A stretch of 64,000 bases of DNA, taken from NCBI GenBank assembly GCA_965240365.1, contig OZ251218.1:2254356-2318355 (forward strand), in the 5' to 3' direction. The translations under genes were made by a program, and so were the position numbers. Below, one piece after another: positions 17,688 through 28,551 of this stretch. Within the stretch, counting starts at the first letter, position 1; every line of letters starts with the position of its first letter. Source of the DNA: Gammaproteobacteria bacterium (GTDB lineage Bacteria; Pseudomonadota; Gammaproteobacteria; Eutrophobiales; Eutrophobiaceae). The notes beneath the pieces were generated by a model. That model did not search any database, had not been told where the DNA came from, and was given only the letters and a program-made list of their open reading frames with translations.

Positions 17688-18374
17688 GTGAATGACCCTG
17701 CCGATCTAAACAAGATAGTCGATGCGGATCCCGGCGATTGTCGCGCTGAAGCCGGTCGCGGCCTGCTGGCAAAGCGGCTGTTCGACATTTTTGCAAGCGC
17801 AACCGGCCTGGCCGTGCTCATGCCGGCGCTGCTTTTGATCGCGCTGGCGCTGAAGATTGATTCGCGCGGCCCCGTTTTCTTTCGCCAGATTCGCGTTGGC
17901 CGCTATGGTAAAGAATTTCGAATCCATAAATTCCGCACCATGGTCACGGGCGCCGAGCACATGACGGAAAGGCACATTACCGCGGCGCAAGACGCGCGCG
18001 TCACCCGCGTGGGTCATTTATTGCGGCGCTACAAGCTGGATGAATTGCCTCAATTGATCGATGTCGTGAGGGGCAGCATGAGTCTGGTCGGCCCGCGCCC
18101 GCAAGTGCCGGCTCAAATCGAGCTTTACCCCCTTGCCATACGCAAGCTGATCCTGGCGGTCAGGCCCGGAATCACCGGCCTGGCCACCCTTGAATTCAAA
18201 CATGAACACGAAATCCTCGTACGATACGAAGATGCCGAACGCGCCTATATCGAAAAAATCATGCCGGCCAAGCTGGCGCGCAACATCGAATACCTGCGCC
18301 GCCGAAGTTTCTGGGGCGACATCAAGATTATCCTGGCAACATTGCATGTCGTCTTCCGCGGGCCGAAGCAATAG
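17688..18374 (+). CDS. Bacterial sugar transferase (polyprenyl-phosphate hexose-1-phosphate transferase, WbaP/WcaJ C-terminal domain type)
   Basis: KRLFDI...GPVFFRQIRVGRYGKEFRIHKFRTM...LDELPQLIDVVRGSMSLVGPRP; GTG start at 17688. Confidence 0.8.
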   Translation: MNDPADLNKIVDADPGDCRAEAGRGLLAKRLFDIFASATGLAVLMPALLLIALALKIDSRGPVFFRQIRVGRYGKEFRIHKFRTMVTGAEHMTERHITAAQDARVTRVGHLLRRYKLDELPQLIDVVRGSMSLVGPRPQVPAQIELYPLAIRKLILAVRPGITGLATLEFKHEHEILVRYEDAERAYIEKIMPAKLARNIEYLRRRSFWGDIKIILATLHVVFRGPKQ

Positions 18375-18479
18375 CGCGGGAAATCCTGCTGTCTTCTAAT
18401 CGGGAAGCGGTTGATGAGCCCATCGGCCTGAATCCTTATGCATCCGGGCGACCGCCACAAGTCCATTCCCGAGATGAAT

Positions 18480-18915
18480 CCCGGTCTATGGCGGAATATT
18501 CCAGTTGCCCTTGTCGTCATTCCAGCCTGCCTGCAGCAGGCAGGCCCGACTGGGCTGAAAAGCCCGAAGGCACGATAGAGCGACAGGGGCGCGGTTCTCA
18601 TTGAGGCCCGGGGACAATGATTCCCCAACACAGAGGCCGGATAGTCGTATGCAGTCTTATTTTACCGTTACTGAATAATCAGCTTGCAAACTACGAGGTG
18701 TACATATAGGCCGGAATGACGACAAGACGTAGATGGTAAAGCGGCACCTGCTTGCGGCGGGTTGAAATGAGGGGATAGAAAGAATAACAGGTTTGCTGTA
18801 AAGCGTGCTTCTCTCTCCATCGTCATTCCGGCGAAAGCCGGAATCCAGAAAGGCGGGCCGGGATGTTGGGTGAATTTTGATGCCTGCTCTTGCAGGGATG
18901 ACAACAAGACGTAAG
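18480..18915. repeat. Palindromic repeat cluster
   Basis: cattccagcctgcctgcagcaggcagg, gtcattccggcgaaagccggaatccag, ggaatgacgacaagacgta / gggatgacaacaagacgta direct repeat. Confidence 0.55.
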
Positions 18916-18929
18916 CGACAGATCTATTT

Positions 18930-20072
18930 ATGAAAAAAGTCTGGGAAGTCTTCTACCGGTTCCTCGCCCTGGGGTGCGTGAGCTTTGGCGGCCCGGCCGC
19001 CCATATCGGTTACTTTCAGAAGACCTTCGTTGAAAAACTGAAATGGATCGATATCGAGGCTTACGCCAGGCTGGTTTCTTTAAGCCAGTTTCTGCCCGGG
19101 CCGGGCTCAAGCCAGATCGGCTTCTGCATCGGTCTGCGCCGGGCCGGCCTCGCGGGCGCTGTCGCGGCCTTTATCGGCTTCACCACGCCCTCTTTCCTGT
19201 TGCTGTATTTGCTTGCCACTCTGGAACCCGGCGCGGCGGCCGGACACTGGTCCGGCGGCGTGATCAGCAGCCTGAAACTGCTGGCCGTTATCGTGGTCGC
19301 CGATGCCACCCTAACCATGTTCAAAACCTTTTGCGCGGAAAGGCTGGCGGCCGGCATAATGGCGCTCACGAGCGTGCTGTTGTTAATCGCGCCGGGGTCT
19401 TTGAGCCAGATCGCCGCCTTAATCCTGGCCGCCGGCATCGGCATGGCCTTTTATAACAGCGAAGCGCCCGCCGCTGCCGGCCAGGGAAAGATCGCCGTTT
19501 TCCCGCTGGCGTTATTTATTATCTTATTCGCCGGCCTGCCCGTGCTTGCGTTTAGCTCGGCGTGGTTCGATCTGGCGGCTTCCTTCTACCAGGCCGGCAG
19601 CCTGGTATTCGGCGGCGGCCATGTGGTGTTGCCGTTGCTGCAACAATCCGTGGGCGAGGCGGTCGGCGCCGATCGTTTCCTGACCGGTTATGCCGCCGCT
19701 CAGGCCGTGCCGGGGCCGATGTTCAGTCTGGCCGCATTTCTGGGCGCGGAACTGTCGGCGGCCCAACCGCTGGCCGCCGCCTTGCTGGCGACCCTGGCAA
19801 TCTTCCTGCCGGGCTTTCTGCTGGTGCTCAGCTTGCAGGGCACCTGGGAATCGCTGGCGACAAAACCCGCGATCGCGGGCGCGGCCTGGGGGATCAACGC
19901 GGCCGTGGTGGGTTTATTGCTGGCCGCGCTGTATCGGCCCGTGTTCAGCAGCGCCGTTCATTCACCGATTGAAATGGCGCTGGTCATCGCCGGTTTCTTC
20001 GCGCTGAACCGCCTGCGGGTAACGGTATTGATGCTGGTTATAAGTTTTGCCTTGATCGGCCTCGTAATCTGA
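18930..20072 (+). CDS. chrA: Chromate transporter ChrA (long two-domain form)
   Basis: FLALGCVSFGGPAAHIGYF CHR-domain signature, duplicated domain structure, 380 aa. Confidence 0.85.
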   Translation: MKKVWEVFYRFLALGCVSFGGPAAHIGYFQKTFVEKLKWIDIEAYARLVSLSQFLPGPGSSQIGFCIGLRRAGLAGAVAAFIGFTTPSFLLLYLLATLEPGAAAGHWSGGVISSLKLLAVIVVADATLTMFKTFCAERLAAGIMALTSVLLLIAPGSLSQIAALILAAGIGMAFYNSEAPAAAGQGKIAVFPLALFIILFAGLPVLAFSSAWFDLAASFYQAGSLVFGGGHVVLPLLQQSVGEAVGADRFLTGYAAAQAVPGPMFSLAAFLGAELSAAQPLAAALLATLAIFLPGFLLVLSLQGTWESLATKPAIAGAAWGINAAVVGLLLAALYRPVFSSAVHSPIEMALVIAGFFALNRLRVTVLMLVISFALIGLVI

Positions 20073-20338
20073 TAGTTGCTATGTTTGCCGCCGCACAACT
20101 CGCAGCTATCGTGATCTGGTTCTTATTAAGCACTGAAATCCATCTCGTGGTCCCTGCCCTGAATATCGGACTGTGCCCGCCAGCCCAGTATCCTAATGAT
20201 TCTCGCAAGCACAGAAATACTTTAACATTAGTTATAAAAAACGCGGATTTAAGTTGATTTTTTAAGAAATTTTTGAAATTATGCGCCGAACATTCAGATA
20301 AAAAACAGTAAAAGGTAAAAAAACCGTTTTTGTCACCC

Positions 20339-21631
20339 ATGCGCGCACTGTTGTTTAACTGTTTCATTTTTCTGGCGGCCGGTCTTCATGCCCAGACCGT
20401 CACGATCGAGAGCCTGCGGGTCTGGGCCGCGCCCGATGGCACGCGGGTGGTGTTTGATGTCAGCGCGCCGGTTGAATTTCGTGTCTTCTCGCTCAAATCT
20501 CCCCATCGCACGGTCATCGACCTGAAGAATACCCGGCTACAGGAAAAACCGGCTCAGCCCGGTTTCGCGGACAAGTATCTGCGGCGCATCCGCGCGGCGG
20601 CGCGCAATGATAACGACCTGCGGGTGGTGCTCGATTTGAAGCAATTTGCCGCGCACACGAGCTTTCAACTCAAACCCAATCAGCATTACGGACACCGGCT
20701 AGTCATCGATCTGCATGGCGGCGCGGCCAAAACGGCGGCCGTGGCCGCGAAGCCGGCGCCCGCGCCGGAGCGGCCGCGCGATGTGATCATTGCCATAGAC
20801 GCCGGTCATGGCGGAGAAGATCCCGGCGCCATTGGGCCGGGCGGCACTTATGAAAAAGACGTGGTGTTGCAGATCGCCAGAGAACTGGCCAGGAGGGTCA
20901 ACAGGGAGCGGGGCATGCGCGCGGTGTTGACCCGCGAGGGCGATTATTATATGTCTCTGCGCAAACGCATCATCAGCGCCCGCCGGCACAAGGCCGATTT
21001 ATTCATCTCGATCCATGCCGACGCCTTTCGCAACCGCAGGGTGCAGGGCGCCTCGGTCTATGTCCTGTCCAGACGCGGGGCCAGCAGCGAGGCGGCCCGC
21101 TGGCTGGCCGAACGCGAGAATGCCGCGGACCTGGTCGGCGGCGTGAGCCTGGATGACAAGGACGATGTGCTGGCCTCCGTGTTGCTGGACTTGTCGCAAA
21201 CGGCCAGCCTTGAGGCCAGTATCGACATCGCCGATCGGGTGTTAAAGGGCCTGCAAAGGGTCGGCAAGGTGCATAAAAAGAGCATCCAGTCGGCCGGTTT
21301 TGTGGTCTTGAAATCGCCGGACATCCCTTCCATACTGATCGAAACCGCGTTTATTTCAAACCCGTCCGAGGAAAAAAAGCTGTTGAGCCGCAAACACCGG
21401 AATAATCTGGCCGGGGCCATCGTGATCGGCCTGCGCGGTTATTTTCGTGATTTCGCACCGGCCGGTACCCTGCTGGCCGCAAGACAGCATGTCATCGCGC
21501 GGGGCGAGACATTGTCCGCCATCGCCCAGCGTTACCGGGTCTCGACCAGCGCCTTGAAGCAATACAACGGTCTCAACGGCGACCGGGTGCGGGCCGGACA
21601 AACCCTCAGTATCCCCGCCAGCGGCACTTGA
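20339..21631 (+). CDS. amiC: N-acetylmuramoyl-L-alanine amidase (AmiC-type: AMIN domain, Amidase_3, C-terminal LysM)
   Basis: Signal peptide, IAIDAGHGGEDPGAIGP, FISIHADA, C-terminal LysM (HVIARGETLSAIAQRYRVS...); directly upstream of mutL as in enterobacteria. Confidence 0.85.
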   Translation: MRALLFNCFIFLAAGLHAQTVTIESLRVWAAPDGTRVVFDVSAPVEFRVFSLKSPHRTVIDLKNTRLQEKPAQPGFADKYLRRIRAAARNDNDLRVVLDLKQFAAHTSFQLKPNQHYGHRLVIDLHGGAAKTAAVAAKPAPAPERPRDVIIAIDAGHGGEDPGAIGPGGTYEKDVVLQIARELARRVNRERGMRAVLTREGDYYMSLRKRIISARRHKADLFISIHADAFRNRRVQGASVYVLSRRGASSEAARWLAERENAADLVGGVSLDDKDDVLASVLLDLSQTASLEASIDIADRVLKGLQRVGKVHKKSIQSAGFVVLKSPDIPSILIETAFISNPSEEKKLLSRKHRNNLAGAIVIGLRGYFRDFAPAGTLLAARQHVIARGETLSAIAQRYRVSTSALKQYNGLNGDRVRAGQTLSIPASGT

Positions 21632-21640
21632 TGGCGGGCC

Positions 21641-23335
21641 ATGCCAGCCGCCCCGAACCCGTCCGTGGAAGCGCTCCCGCGTATCAAGGCACTGCCCGCG
21701 GCCGTGGCCAATCAGATCGCCGCGGGCGAGGTGATCGCGCGGCCGGCCTCGGTCATCAAGGAACTCATTGAAAACAGCATTGACGCGGCCGCAACCCGGA
21801 TCAGCATCGACCTTGAACAGGCGGGTTTAAGCCTGATCCGCGTCAGTGACAACGGCCAGGGCATTCACAGGGATGATCTGGCGCTGGCGCTCAAGGCCCA
21901 TGCGACCAGCAAGTTAAGGGCCTTTTCCGACCTTGCCCATATCGCCAGCCTCGGTTTCAGGGGCGAGGCGCTGCCCAGTATCGCGGCGGTATCGCGCTTT
22001 TTGCTGACCTCACGGCCCGCGCGGGCGGAACAGGCCTGGGCCATTGATAACGCGCTCGCGCCAAGGCCGGCCGCCCATGCCGCGGGCACGACGGCCGAAG
22101 TCAAGGCGTTGTTTTACACCACGCCCGCGAGGCGCCGGTTCCTCAAATCGGAAAAAACGGAATATCTGCATATCAAGGCCATAATCCGGGCGCTCGCGCT
22201 CGCCCATTGCCATGTGTATTTCAATGTGCAACACAATGATCAGCCGCTGTTCCGCCTGCCGGCCTGCGCCGCCGAGCCGGACCAGCGCATCCTCGGCGTT
22301 TGTGGCAAGTCTTTTCTGGATAAAGCCATTCGAGTCGATATTAAAAAGCATGAGCTGCGCCTGTGGGGCTGGCTGGGCGCCGGCGAGGCGGCGCGCAGCC
22401 AGTCGGACCGACAGTATTTTTATGTCAACGGGCGGCCCGTGCGCGACCGGCATATCAATCATGCCATCCGTCTGGCCTATGCCGAGCGGATCGCGACGGC
22501 GCGCTTCCCGGCCTATGTGCTGCAACTCGAACTGGCGCCGGCCAGGGTCGATGTGAATGTGCATCCGGCCAAGGCGGAGGTGCGTTTTGCCGAGACCCGG
22601 CAAGTCCATGACTTCATCTATAGCGAGCTGGCGCGAAGCCTGAATGCGCCGCTGGTTGCAGTGGCCGACTCCGGCCCTGGCCCCGAGACGGCGGCAAGCC
22701 GGCCCCCGGCAAACAAGTCCGTGCGCGACAGCGCGGCGCCCTTTGAGGCCGGGTTATTCCGGCCGGGCGCCGCCGGCCCGGCCGCTGAGCCCGGCCAGGG
22801 CTGTTTAAGCCTGCTGGACGGGCGTTTTATGGTCGCCATCCTGGGCCGGGATCCGTATTTGATCGATGTGGCCCAAACCCGCGGCCTGCTCGCAAAAGAA
22901 TATCTTGTCCGGCATTACCGCAAGGGCGCGATCATTCAGCGCCCGATCCTGGTCCCTGTCAGTATTGAAACCGGCGCCGATCAGATTGAATTTGTGCTGG
23001 CCAATAGCAACACCATCGCGCGCTGGGGCTTTGAGCTTGAACAGATGATCCCCGGACAGATCATGATCCGCGCCATCCCGGCCCGCCTGCCCCAGGCCGA
23101 CGCGATCGCGCTGGTGAAATCACTCTTGCAGGCGTTGATGCAAGACCGGGACGAGTCCGCGATCGCCGGGGCGCTGGCCAGCCATATCAACGACGCGGGC
23201 TACAGGCTGGACCAGGAGCAGAGCCGACAGTTGCTGCGGGAAGTCGATTTGTATAACGCGGAGGGCCAGGCCACGGCAAAATTGCCCTGGCGCAAACTGG
23301 ACGAGGCCGCGCTGGCCGCATTAATCCGGCACTAA
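21641..23335 (+). CDS. mutL: DNA mismatch repair protein MutL
   Basis: GHKL ATPase N-terminus ALPAAVANQIAAGEVIARPASVIKELIENSIDAAAT, DNGQGI. Confidence 0.9.
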   Translation: MPAAPNPSVEALPRIKALPAAVANQIAAGEVIARPASVIKELIENSIDAAATRISIDLEQAGLSLIRVSDNGQGIHRDDLALALKAHATSKLRAFSDLAHIASLGFRGEALPSIAAVSRFLLTSRPARAEQAWAIDNALAPRPAAHAAGTTAEVKALFYTTPARRRFLKSEKTEYLHIKAIIRALALAHCHVYFNVQHNDQPLFRLPACAAEPDQRILGVCGKSFLDKAIRVDIKKHELRLWGWLGAGEAARSQSDRQYFYVNGRPVRDRHINHAIRLAYAERIATARFPAYVLQLELAPARVDVNVHPAKAEVRFAETRQVHDFIYSELARSLNAPLVAVADSGPGPETAASRPPANKSVRDSAAPFEAGLFRPGAAGPAAEPGQGCLSLLDGRFMVAILGRDPYLIDVAQTRGLLAKEYLVRHYRKGAIIQRPILVPVSIETGADQIEFVLANSNTIARWGFELEQMIPGQIMIRAIPARLPQADAIALVKSLLQALMQDRDESAIAGALASHINDAGYRLDQEQSRQLLREVDLYNAEGQATAKLPWRKLDEAALAALIRH

Positions 23336-23338
23336 ATC

Positions 23339-24262
23339 ATGCCGGGGCGCCCTTATGTGATCTTTGTCATGGGCCCGACTGCGGCGGGCAAAACGGCGCT
23401 GGCCCTGCATCTCCATGAACGCATGGACAGCGAGATTATCAGTGTCGATTCAGCCCAGATTTACCGCGGCATGGACATCGGCACGGGCAAGCCGGAGCGG
23501 GCGCTGTTGCAGACAGCGCCACACCATCTGGTTGATATTTGCGATCCGGCCGAATCCTATTCGGCCGCGCGCTTTCGAAGCGCGGCCTATGCCCTTGTTA
23601 TGGACATCATCGGCAAGGGCAGGACGCCGATCCTGGCCGGCGGCACGGGCCTCTATTTTCGCGCGCTGGAACAGGGCCTGGCCGAACTGCCCGGGGCCGA
23701 TCAAGGGCTGCGCGCCCGGCTTGCGGCCGAGGCCGGGCAATACGGCTGGCCGGCCCTGCATGAACGGTTGCGGGCGCTGGATCCGGAGTCCGCCGCCAGA
23801 ATCGCGGCCAATGACCCGCAGCGCATTCAACGGGCGCTGGAGGTGTATGAACTCAGCGGCGAACCCCTGTCGGCCCTGCTGGCGGCCGGGCGAAAACAGC
23901 CATTTCCCTTGCCAATCAAAAAGATAGTGCTCTCCCCGCCGCGCCCGCTGTTATCCCGGCGGGTTGCGCGGCGATTTGCGGCCATGCTGGACAGGGGGCT
24001 GGTCGAAGAGACGCAAAATCTTTGCCGCCGCGGCGATCTTTCCCTGAACCTGCCGTCAATGCGGTTGGTCGGATACAGACAAGTCCGGCAATATCTGGCC
24101 GGCCATCTTGATTATGAACAGATGTGGGAACGCGCGCTGGCCGCGACCCGGCAACTGGCAAAGCGGCAACTGACATGGTGCCGCAAAGAACAGGACGCCG
24201 ACTGGTTTGATCCCTGCGAGACGGGAATTTATCCGGAAATTATGAAAAAACTGGATAAATGA
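23339..24262 (+). CDS. miaA: tRNA dimethylallyltransferase
   Basis: P-loop GPTAAGKTALAL, ISVDSAQIYRGMDIGTGKP. Confidence 0.9.
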   Translation: MPGRPYVIFVMGPTAAGKTALALHLHERMDSEIISVDSAQIYRGMDIGTGKPERALLQTAPHHLVDICDPAESYSAARFRSAAYALVMDIIGKGRTPILAGGTGLYFRALEQGLAELPGADQGLRARLAAEAGQYGWPALHERLRALDPESAARIAANDPQRIQRALEVYELSGEPLSALLAAGRKQPFPLPIKKIVLSPPRPLLSRRVARRFAAMLDRGLVEETQNLCRRGDLSLNLPSMRLVGYRQVRQYLAGHLDYEQMWERALAATRQLAKRQLTWCRKEQDADWFDPCETGIYPEIMKKLDK

Positions 24263-24389
24263 ACATAAATTTCCGGCATTTGTAATATACTTGTACCTTA
24301 TTCGACAATCATCGGCGCGGCCGCTGATTGCGCCAGACACAAGAATTTGACAGCAAGGGGAATAATTTTGACAAACAGGGGAATTACCC

Positions 24390-24635
24390 ATGAGTAAGGG
24401 GCACTCATTGCAGGATCCTTTTTTAAACGCCTTGAGAAAAGAACGTATCCCGGTATCGATATTTCTGGTCAACGGCATAAAATTACAGGGGCAGATTGAA
24501 TCGTTTGATCAATTTGTCATCCTGCTCAGAAATTCGGTCAACCAACTGGTCTATAAACACGCTATCTCGACCATCGTTCCGGCCAGAAGCGTCAGACTGC
24601 CGCGCGCCGATGAGGACGCGGGCGAAGAAGGATAA
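24390..24635 (+). CDS. hfq: RNA chaperone Hfq
   Basis: Sm motifs [40 protein letters not shown]...[10 protein letters not shown]. Confidence 0.95.
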   Translation: MSKGHSLQDPFLNALRKERIPVSIFLVNGIKLQGQIESFDQFVILLRNSVNQLVYKHAISTIVPARSVRLPRADEDAGEEG

Positions 24636-24692
24636 GTCCCGGATGACCTTATCTGAGCTTCCGCAACACACTGAATCCAGTCCGGCAAACAT

Positions 24693-25985
24693 TTGAAATC
24701 AAACCACGCTGACATCCGGCGCGCCCTGATCGTATATGTCGATTTCGGACAGGGCCAGGGCGATGATGAATACGCGGAATTCATTGAACTGACGCAATCG
24801 TCCGGTCTGGATATTGTCGCCTCCGTTATGGCGGCAAGGCGAACCCCCGACCCGAATTTCCTGGTAGGCCGGGGCAAGGCCGATGAAATTGCGGCCGCTG
24901 CGGCCGCGGCCGATGTGATCATCTTCAATCATCCCTTGACGCCCGCCCAGGAACGCAATCTGGAAAAACATACGGCGCGCCGGGTGATCGACCGTATCGG
25001 GCTGATCCTGGACATCTTCGCCCAGCGGGCAGAGAGTCATGCCGGTAAATTGCAGGTCGAACTGGCGCAACTGCAACACCTGTCAACCCGCCTGATCCGC
25101 GGCTGGACCCACCTCGAACGGCAAAAGGGCGGTATCGGCCTGCGCGGGCCGGGTGAAACCCAACTGGAGACCGACCGGCGCCTGATCGGGCAACGCATCA
25201 AAATGATAAACCGGCGTCTGCAAAAAGTGCGGCAACAGCGCCAGCAGGGCCGCCAGCAGCGCAAAAAAAACGACCTGCCGGTCATCTCGCTGGTGGGCTA
25301 TACCAATGCCGGCAAGTCAACCTTGTTTAACCGCCTGACGGGCGCGGATGTGCTCACGGCCGATCGATTATTCGCCACGCTGGACCCGACCTTGAGGCGC
25401 ATCCGCACCCCGCGCGGCCGCGCCCTGCTATTGACGGACACGGTCGGATTTATCCGGGCCCTGCCGCATGAACTGGTGGCCGCGTTTCAGGCCACGCTGG
25501 AAGAGGTGCGCGAGGCCGACCTGCTGCTGCATGTGATCGATGTGGATCAGGCAGAGCGCCAGCAGCGCATTGACGAGGTCAACCGGGTGATTGAACGGAT
25601 CGGGGCCGCGCAGGTCCCGCAGATCGAGGTTTATAACAAGATTGACCGGCATCCTGAACATGAGGCGCGTGTGGAACAGGCCGGGGCCGGCCCGCGGGCG
25701 CGCGTCTGGCTGTCCGCGCTGACGGCCGGCGGCATTGACGCCCTGCTGGACTGTATCGATCGGCAAATCGGCCAGACCATCCGGCCGCGCCTGCTCAAAC
25801 TGCCCGTGACGGCGGCCCGTTTGCGGGCTAAACTATTCAATATCGGCGCAGTCAGACAGGAAGACATCAATGAGGCCGGCGGCTGGGAACTGAAAGTGGA
25901 ACTGGAAGACCGCCTTTTGAGCAAGCTCTGCCGGGAAGCGAGCCTGGATATTGCAAAGTTGCAGTCCGGCGCCGTTCACCATTAA
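24693..25985 (+). CDS. hflX: GTPase HflX
   Basis: G1 GYTNAGKSTLFN, G3 DTVGF, HflX N-domain; TTG start at 24693. Confidence 0.85.
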   Translation: MKSNHADIRRALIVYVDFGQGQGDDEYAEFIELTQSSGLDIVASVMAARRTPDPNFLVGRGKADEIAAAAAAADVIIFNHPLTPAQERNLEKHTARRVIDRIGLILDIFAQRAESHAGKLQVELAQLQHLSTRLIRGWTHLERQKGGIGLRGPGETQLETDRRLIGQRIKMINRRLQKVRQQRQQGRQQRKKNDLPVISLVGYTNAGKSTLFNRLTGADVLTADRLFATLDPTLRRIRTPRGRALLLTDTVGFIRALPHELVAAFQATLEEVREADLLLHVIDVDQAERQQRIDEVNRVIERIGAAQVPQIEVYNKIDRHPEHEARVEQAGAGPRARVWLSALTAGGIDALLDCIDRQIGQTIRPRLLKLPVTAARLRAKLFNIGAVRQEDINEAGGWELKVELEDRLLSKLCREASLDIAKLQSGAVHH

Positions 25986-26029
25986 GATCGTAGGGAGCAA
26001 GACCACATGATTCACACAAGGAAACTCTG

Positions 26030-26202
26030 ATTTAATCAGAGTTTCCTGCGGCACAGGGAAGTGCCGCCCCAAGATCAATAACTTGGCAATGACGTCAGTC
26101 ATTTGATTTTGAAGTAAGGTGAAAATCGCATTTTCGCCTTGCGCGCTCTGACCTGCCTGCAGCAGGCAGGTGAGTCCTGGATGGACTTATTCAGAGCTTC
26201 CA
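26030..26202. mobile_element. MITE family B copy (inverted orientation) in the hflX-hflK intergenic region
   Basis: ggaaactctgatttaatcagagtttcc ... aggtgaaaatcgcattttc ... ctgcctgcagcaggcagg ... tcctggatggacttattcagagcttcc; flanked by ACAA on both sides (putative 4-bp target-site duplication). Confidence 0.65.
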
Positions 26203-26225
26203 CAATATATCTGGAGACCGTATTA

Positions 26226-27380
26226 ATGGGCTGGAACGAACCACCTGACAACAAGGGCAAGGATCCCTGGGGTAATCGCGGCAATAGCGGCGGGCCGCCT
26301 GACCTTGACGAGATCATAAAGAAGATGCAGCAGGGCTTCGGTGGCCTGTTTGGCAAGCGTCCGGGGCCGGAGTCGGCCCAGGGAAAGAACAATTCGATGT
26401 TTCCCACCCTGTTCGCCGTTATTCTGTTGATCGTCTGGCTGGCCTATGACATGACCTACCTGATCGACCAGCAGGAACGCGGGGTCGTGCTGCGTTTCGG
26501 CAAGCATGTCAGCACGCTTGAACCGGGCCTCAGCTTCCGCCTGCCGCGCCCGGTCGAGACCGTTAACAAGGTCAATGTCGGCCAGGTGCGCCCCATTACC
26601 CACAAGGCGCTGATGCTGACCCAGGATGAAAACATTGTCGATGTTGAAGTGGCCGTGCAATGGCGTATCGGTAATGCCACCGATTATCTGTTTAACGTGT
26701 TCTCGCCGGCCGGCACCCTGCGCCAGGTCACCGAGAGCGTCGTGCGCGAAGTCATCGGCAAAAGCGAGCTTGATTTTATCCTGACCGAGGGGCGCAGCGA
26801 GATCACCGGCCGCATCCAGGAGATCACCCAGCAAACCCTGAACGATTATGCCTCGGGCATTTATATCTCAACGGTCGAAATGCAGCCGGCCAAGCCGCCC
26901 GAGGAAGTCAAGGCCGCGTTTGACGACGCCATCAAGGCGCGCGAGGACGAACAGCGCCTGGTCAATGAGGCGGAAGCCTACCGTAACGACATTATCCCCA
27001 AGGCGCGCGGCGCGGCGGCGCGCCTGCGCGAGGAGGCCAACGGCTACAAGTCGCGGGTCATCTCCAAGGCGGAGGGCGAGGCCAGCCGCTTCGAGCAGTT
27101 GCTGACCGAATATCAGCGCGCCCCCAAAGTCACGCGCGAGCGCCTGTATCTGGACACTATCGAATCGGTCTTTTCCAATACCAACAAGGTGCTGATCGAT
27201 AATGACAACGGCAACAGCCTGATGTATCTGCCCATCGACCGCCTGATGGACCGGCGCCAGGGCGGCGGCGCGGCTGCCGGCCAGGACTTCAATAACGCCT
27301 CAACCGCCGCCTCCAACATGCAATCCACCTATAATGACGCGCGCGAACGCCTGAACGACCGCCTGCGGGGAGTACGCTAA
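26226..27380 (+). CDS. hflK: Protease modulator HflK
   Basis: MGWNEPPDNKGKDPWG... start matches HflK N-terminus; SPFH/band-7 domain; GGAGA RBS upstream. ORF-track start at 26139 runs into the MITE. Confidence 0.85.
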   Translation: MGWNEPPDNKGKDPWGNRGNSGGPPDLDEIIKKMQQGFGGLFGKRPGPESAQGKNNSMFPTLFAVILLIVWLAYDMTYLIDQQERGVVLRFGKHVSTLEPGLSFRLPRPVETVNKVNVGQVRPITHKALMLTQDENIVDVEVAVQWRIGNATDYLFNVFSPAGTLRQVTESVVREVIGKSELDFILTEGRSEITGRIQEITQQTLNDYASGIYISTVEMQPAKPPEEVKAAFDDAIKAREDEQRLVNEAEAYRNDIIPKARGAAARLREEANGYKSRVISKAEGEASRFEQLLTEYQRAPKVTRERLYLDTIESVFSNTNKVLIDNDNGNSLMYLPIDRLMDRRQGGGAAAGQDFNNASTAASNMQSTYNDARERLNDRLRGVR

Positions 27381-28246
27381 TGCCCATCAGCCTGAAAATC
27401 CTGATACCTCTTGCGGTCATCGCCGTGGCCGCCTATTTTTCACTGTTTACCGTCAAGCAATATCAGCAGGCGATCGTGTTCAAGTTCCGCGAGATAGAGC
27501 GGGCCGATTTTGAACCGGGCCTGCAGGTCATGATCCCGGTGGTCAATATGGCGCAAAGGTTTGAAAAGCGGCTGCTCAACCTTGACCAGGAACCGCAGCG
27601 TTTTCTGACCAGGGAAAAGAAAGACGTGATCGTCGATTATTACGTCAAATGGCGCATCACCAATGTCGAAAAGTTTTATACCGCGACCCGCGGCGATGTG
27701 CTCTATGCCAACGGCCTCCTGGGGCAGCGCATCAACCGCTCCCTGCGCGACGAATTCGGCAAGCGCACGGTGCAGGAAGTGGTGGCCGGCGAACGCACCC
27801 AGATCTTGAATGTGGTGACCTCATCCACGGCCAACCTGCCGGATGAACTCGGCATCTCGGTGGTCGATGTGCGCACCAAGCAGATTAACCTGCCGGCCGA
27901 GGTCAGTAACTCGGTCTATGAACGTATGCGGGCCGAGCGCAACCGGGTCGCCAAGGACTTCAGGGCGCGCGGTTCCGAGGCCGCCGAACGGATCCGCGCC
28001 AACGCCGACAAGGAACGGGAAATCATCCTCGCCAACGCCTACCGCGACGCTGAAATCATTCGCGGCGAGGGCGACGCGCAGGCCACCGAGACCTACGCCG
28101 CGGCCTATACCAAGGATGAAGAATTTTACTCGCTTTACCGCAGCCTGAACGCCTATCAAAACAGCTTCAGCGAGGGCAACGACATTCTGCTGCTGGAACC
28201 CGAATCGGACTTCTTCCGCTACTTCAACAGCCCTGTAGAGCAATAG
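27380..28246 (+). CDS. hflC: Protease modulator HflC
   Basis: SPFH domain, N-terminal TM; start overlaps hflK stop by 1 nt. Confidence 0.85.
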   Translation: MPISLKILIPLAVIAVAAYFSLFTVKQYQQAIVFKFREIERADFEPGLQVMIPVVNMAQRFEKRLLNLDQEPQRFLTREKKDVIVDYYVKWRITNVEKFYTATRGDVLYANGLLGQRINRSLRDEFGKRTVQEVVAGERTQILNVVTSSTANLPDELGISVVDVRTKQINLPAEVSNSVYERMRAERNRVAKDFRARGSEAAERIRANADKEREIILANAYRDAEIIRGEGDAQATETYAAAYTKDEEFYSLYRSLNAYQNSFSEGNDILLLEPESDFFRYFNSPVEQ

Positions 28247-28307
28247 GCGGCGCTCGGGCCTTCTCTTTCAGCGCGGCTGTTGCGGCCGGCGTCAATGGTG
28301 ACGGAGC

Positions 28308-28505
28308 TTGTTTGATATTAACTTTTCCGACCTGCTGGCCGCGCTGGCCCTGGTGTTTGTGCTGGAGGGCCTGTTGCCCTTTCTGAGTCCCGAAAGAGTC
28401 CGCAGGATGCTGTTGCTGGCCGCGCAAATGGACAATCAGACCCTGCGTTTTATGGGGCTGACCAGCATGACCGTCGGCGTGCTGCTGCTCTATATCTTCA
28501 AATGA
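28308..28505 (+). CDS. DUF2065 (YjeT-like) small membrane protein
   Basis: 65 aa, LAALALVFVLEGLLPFL aligns with E. coli YjeT LALALVLVLEGLGPML; sits after hflC as yjeT does in E. coli; TTG start. Confidence 0.55.
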   Translation: MFDINFSDLLAALALVFVLEGLLPFLSPERVRRMLLLAAQMDNQTLRFMGLTSMTVGVLLLYIFK

Positions 28506-28551
28506 CACCGCGCCGGCCAAACCCGCGCCCGCCCGGCCCGATATTCACACC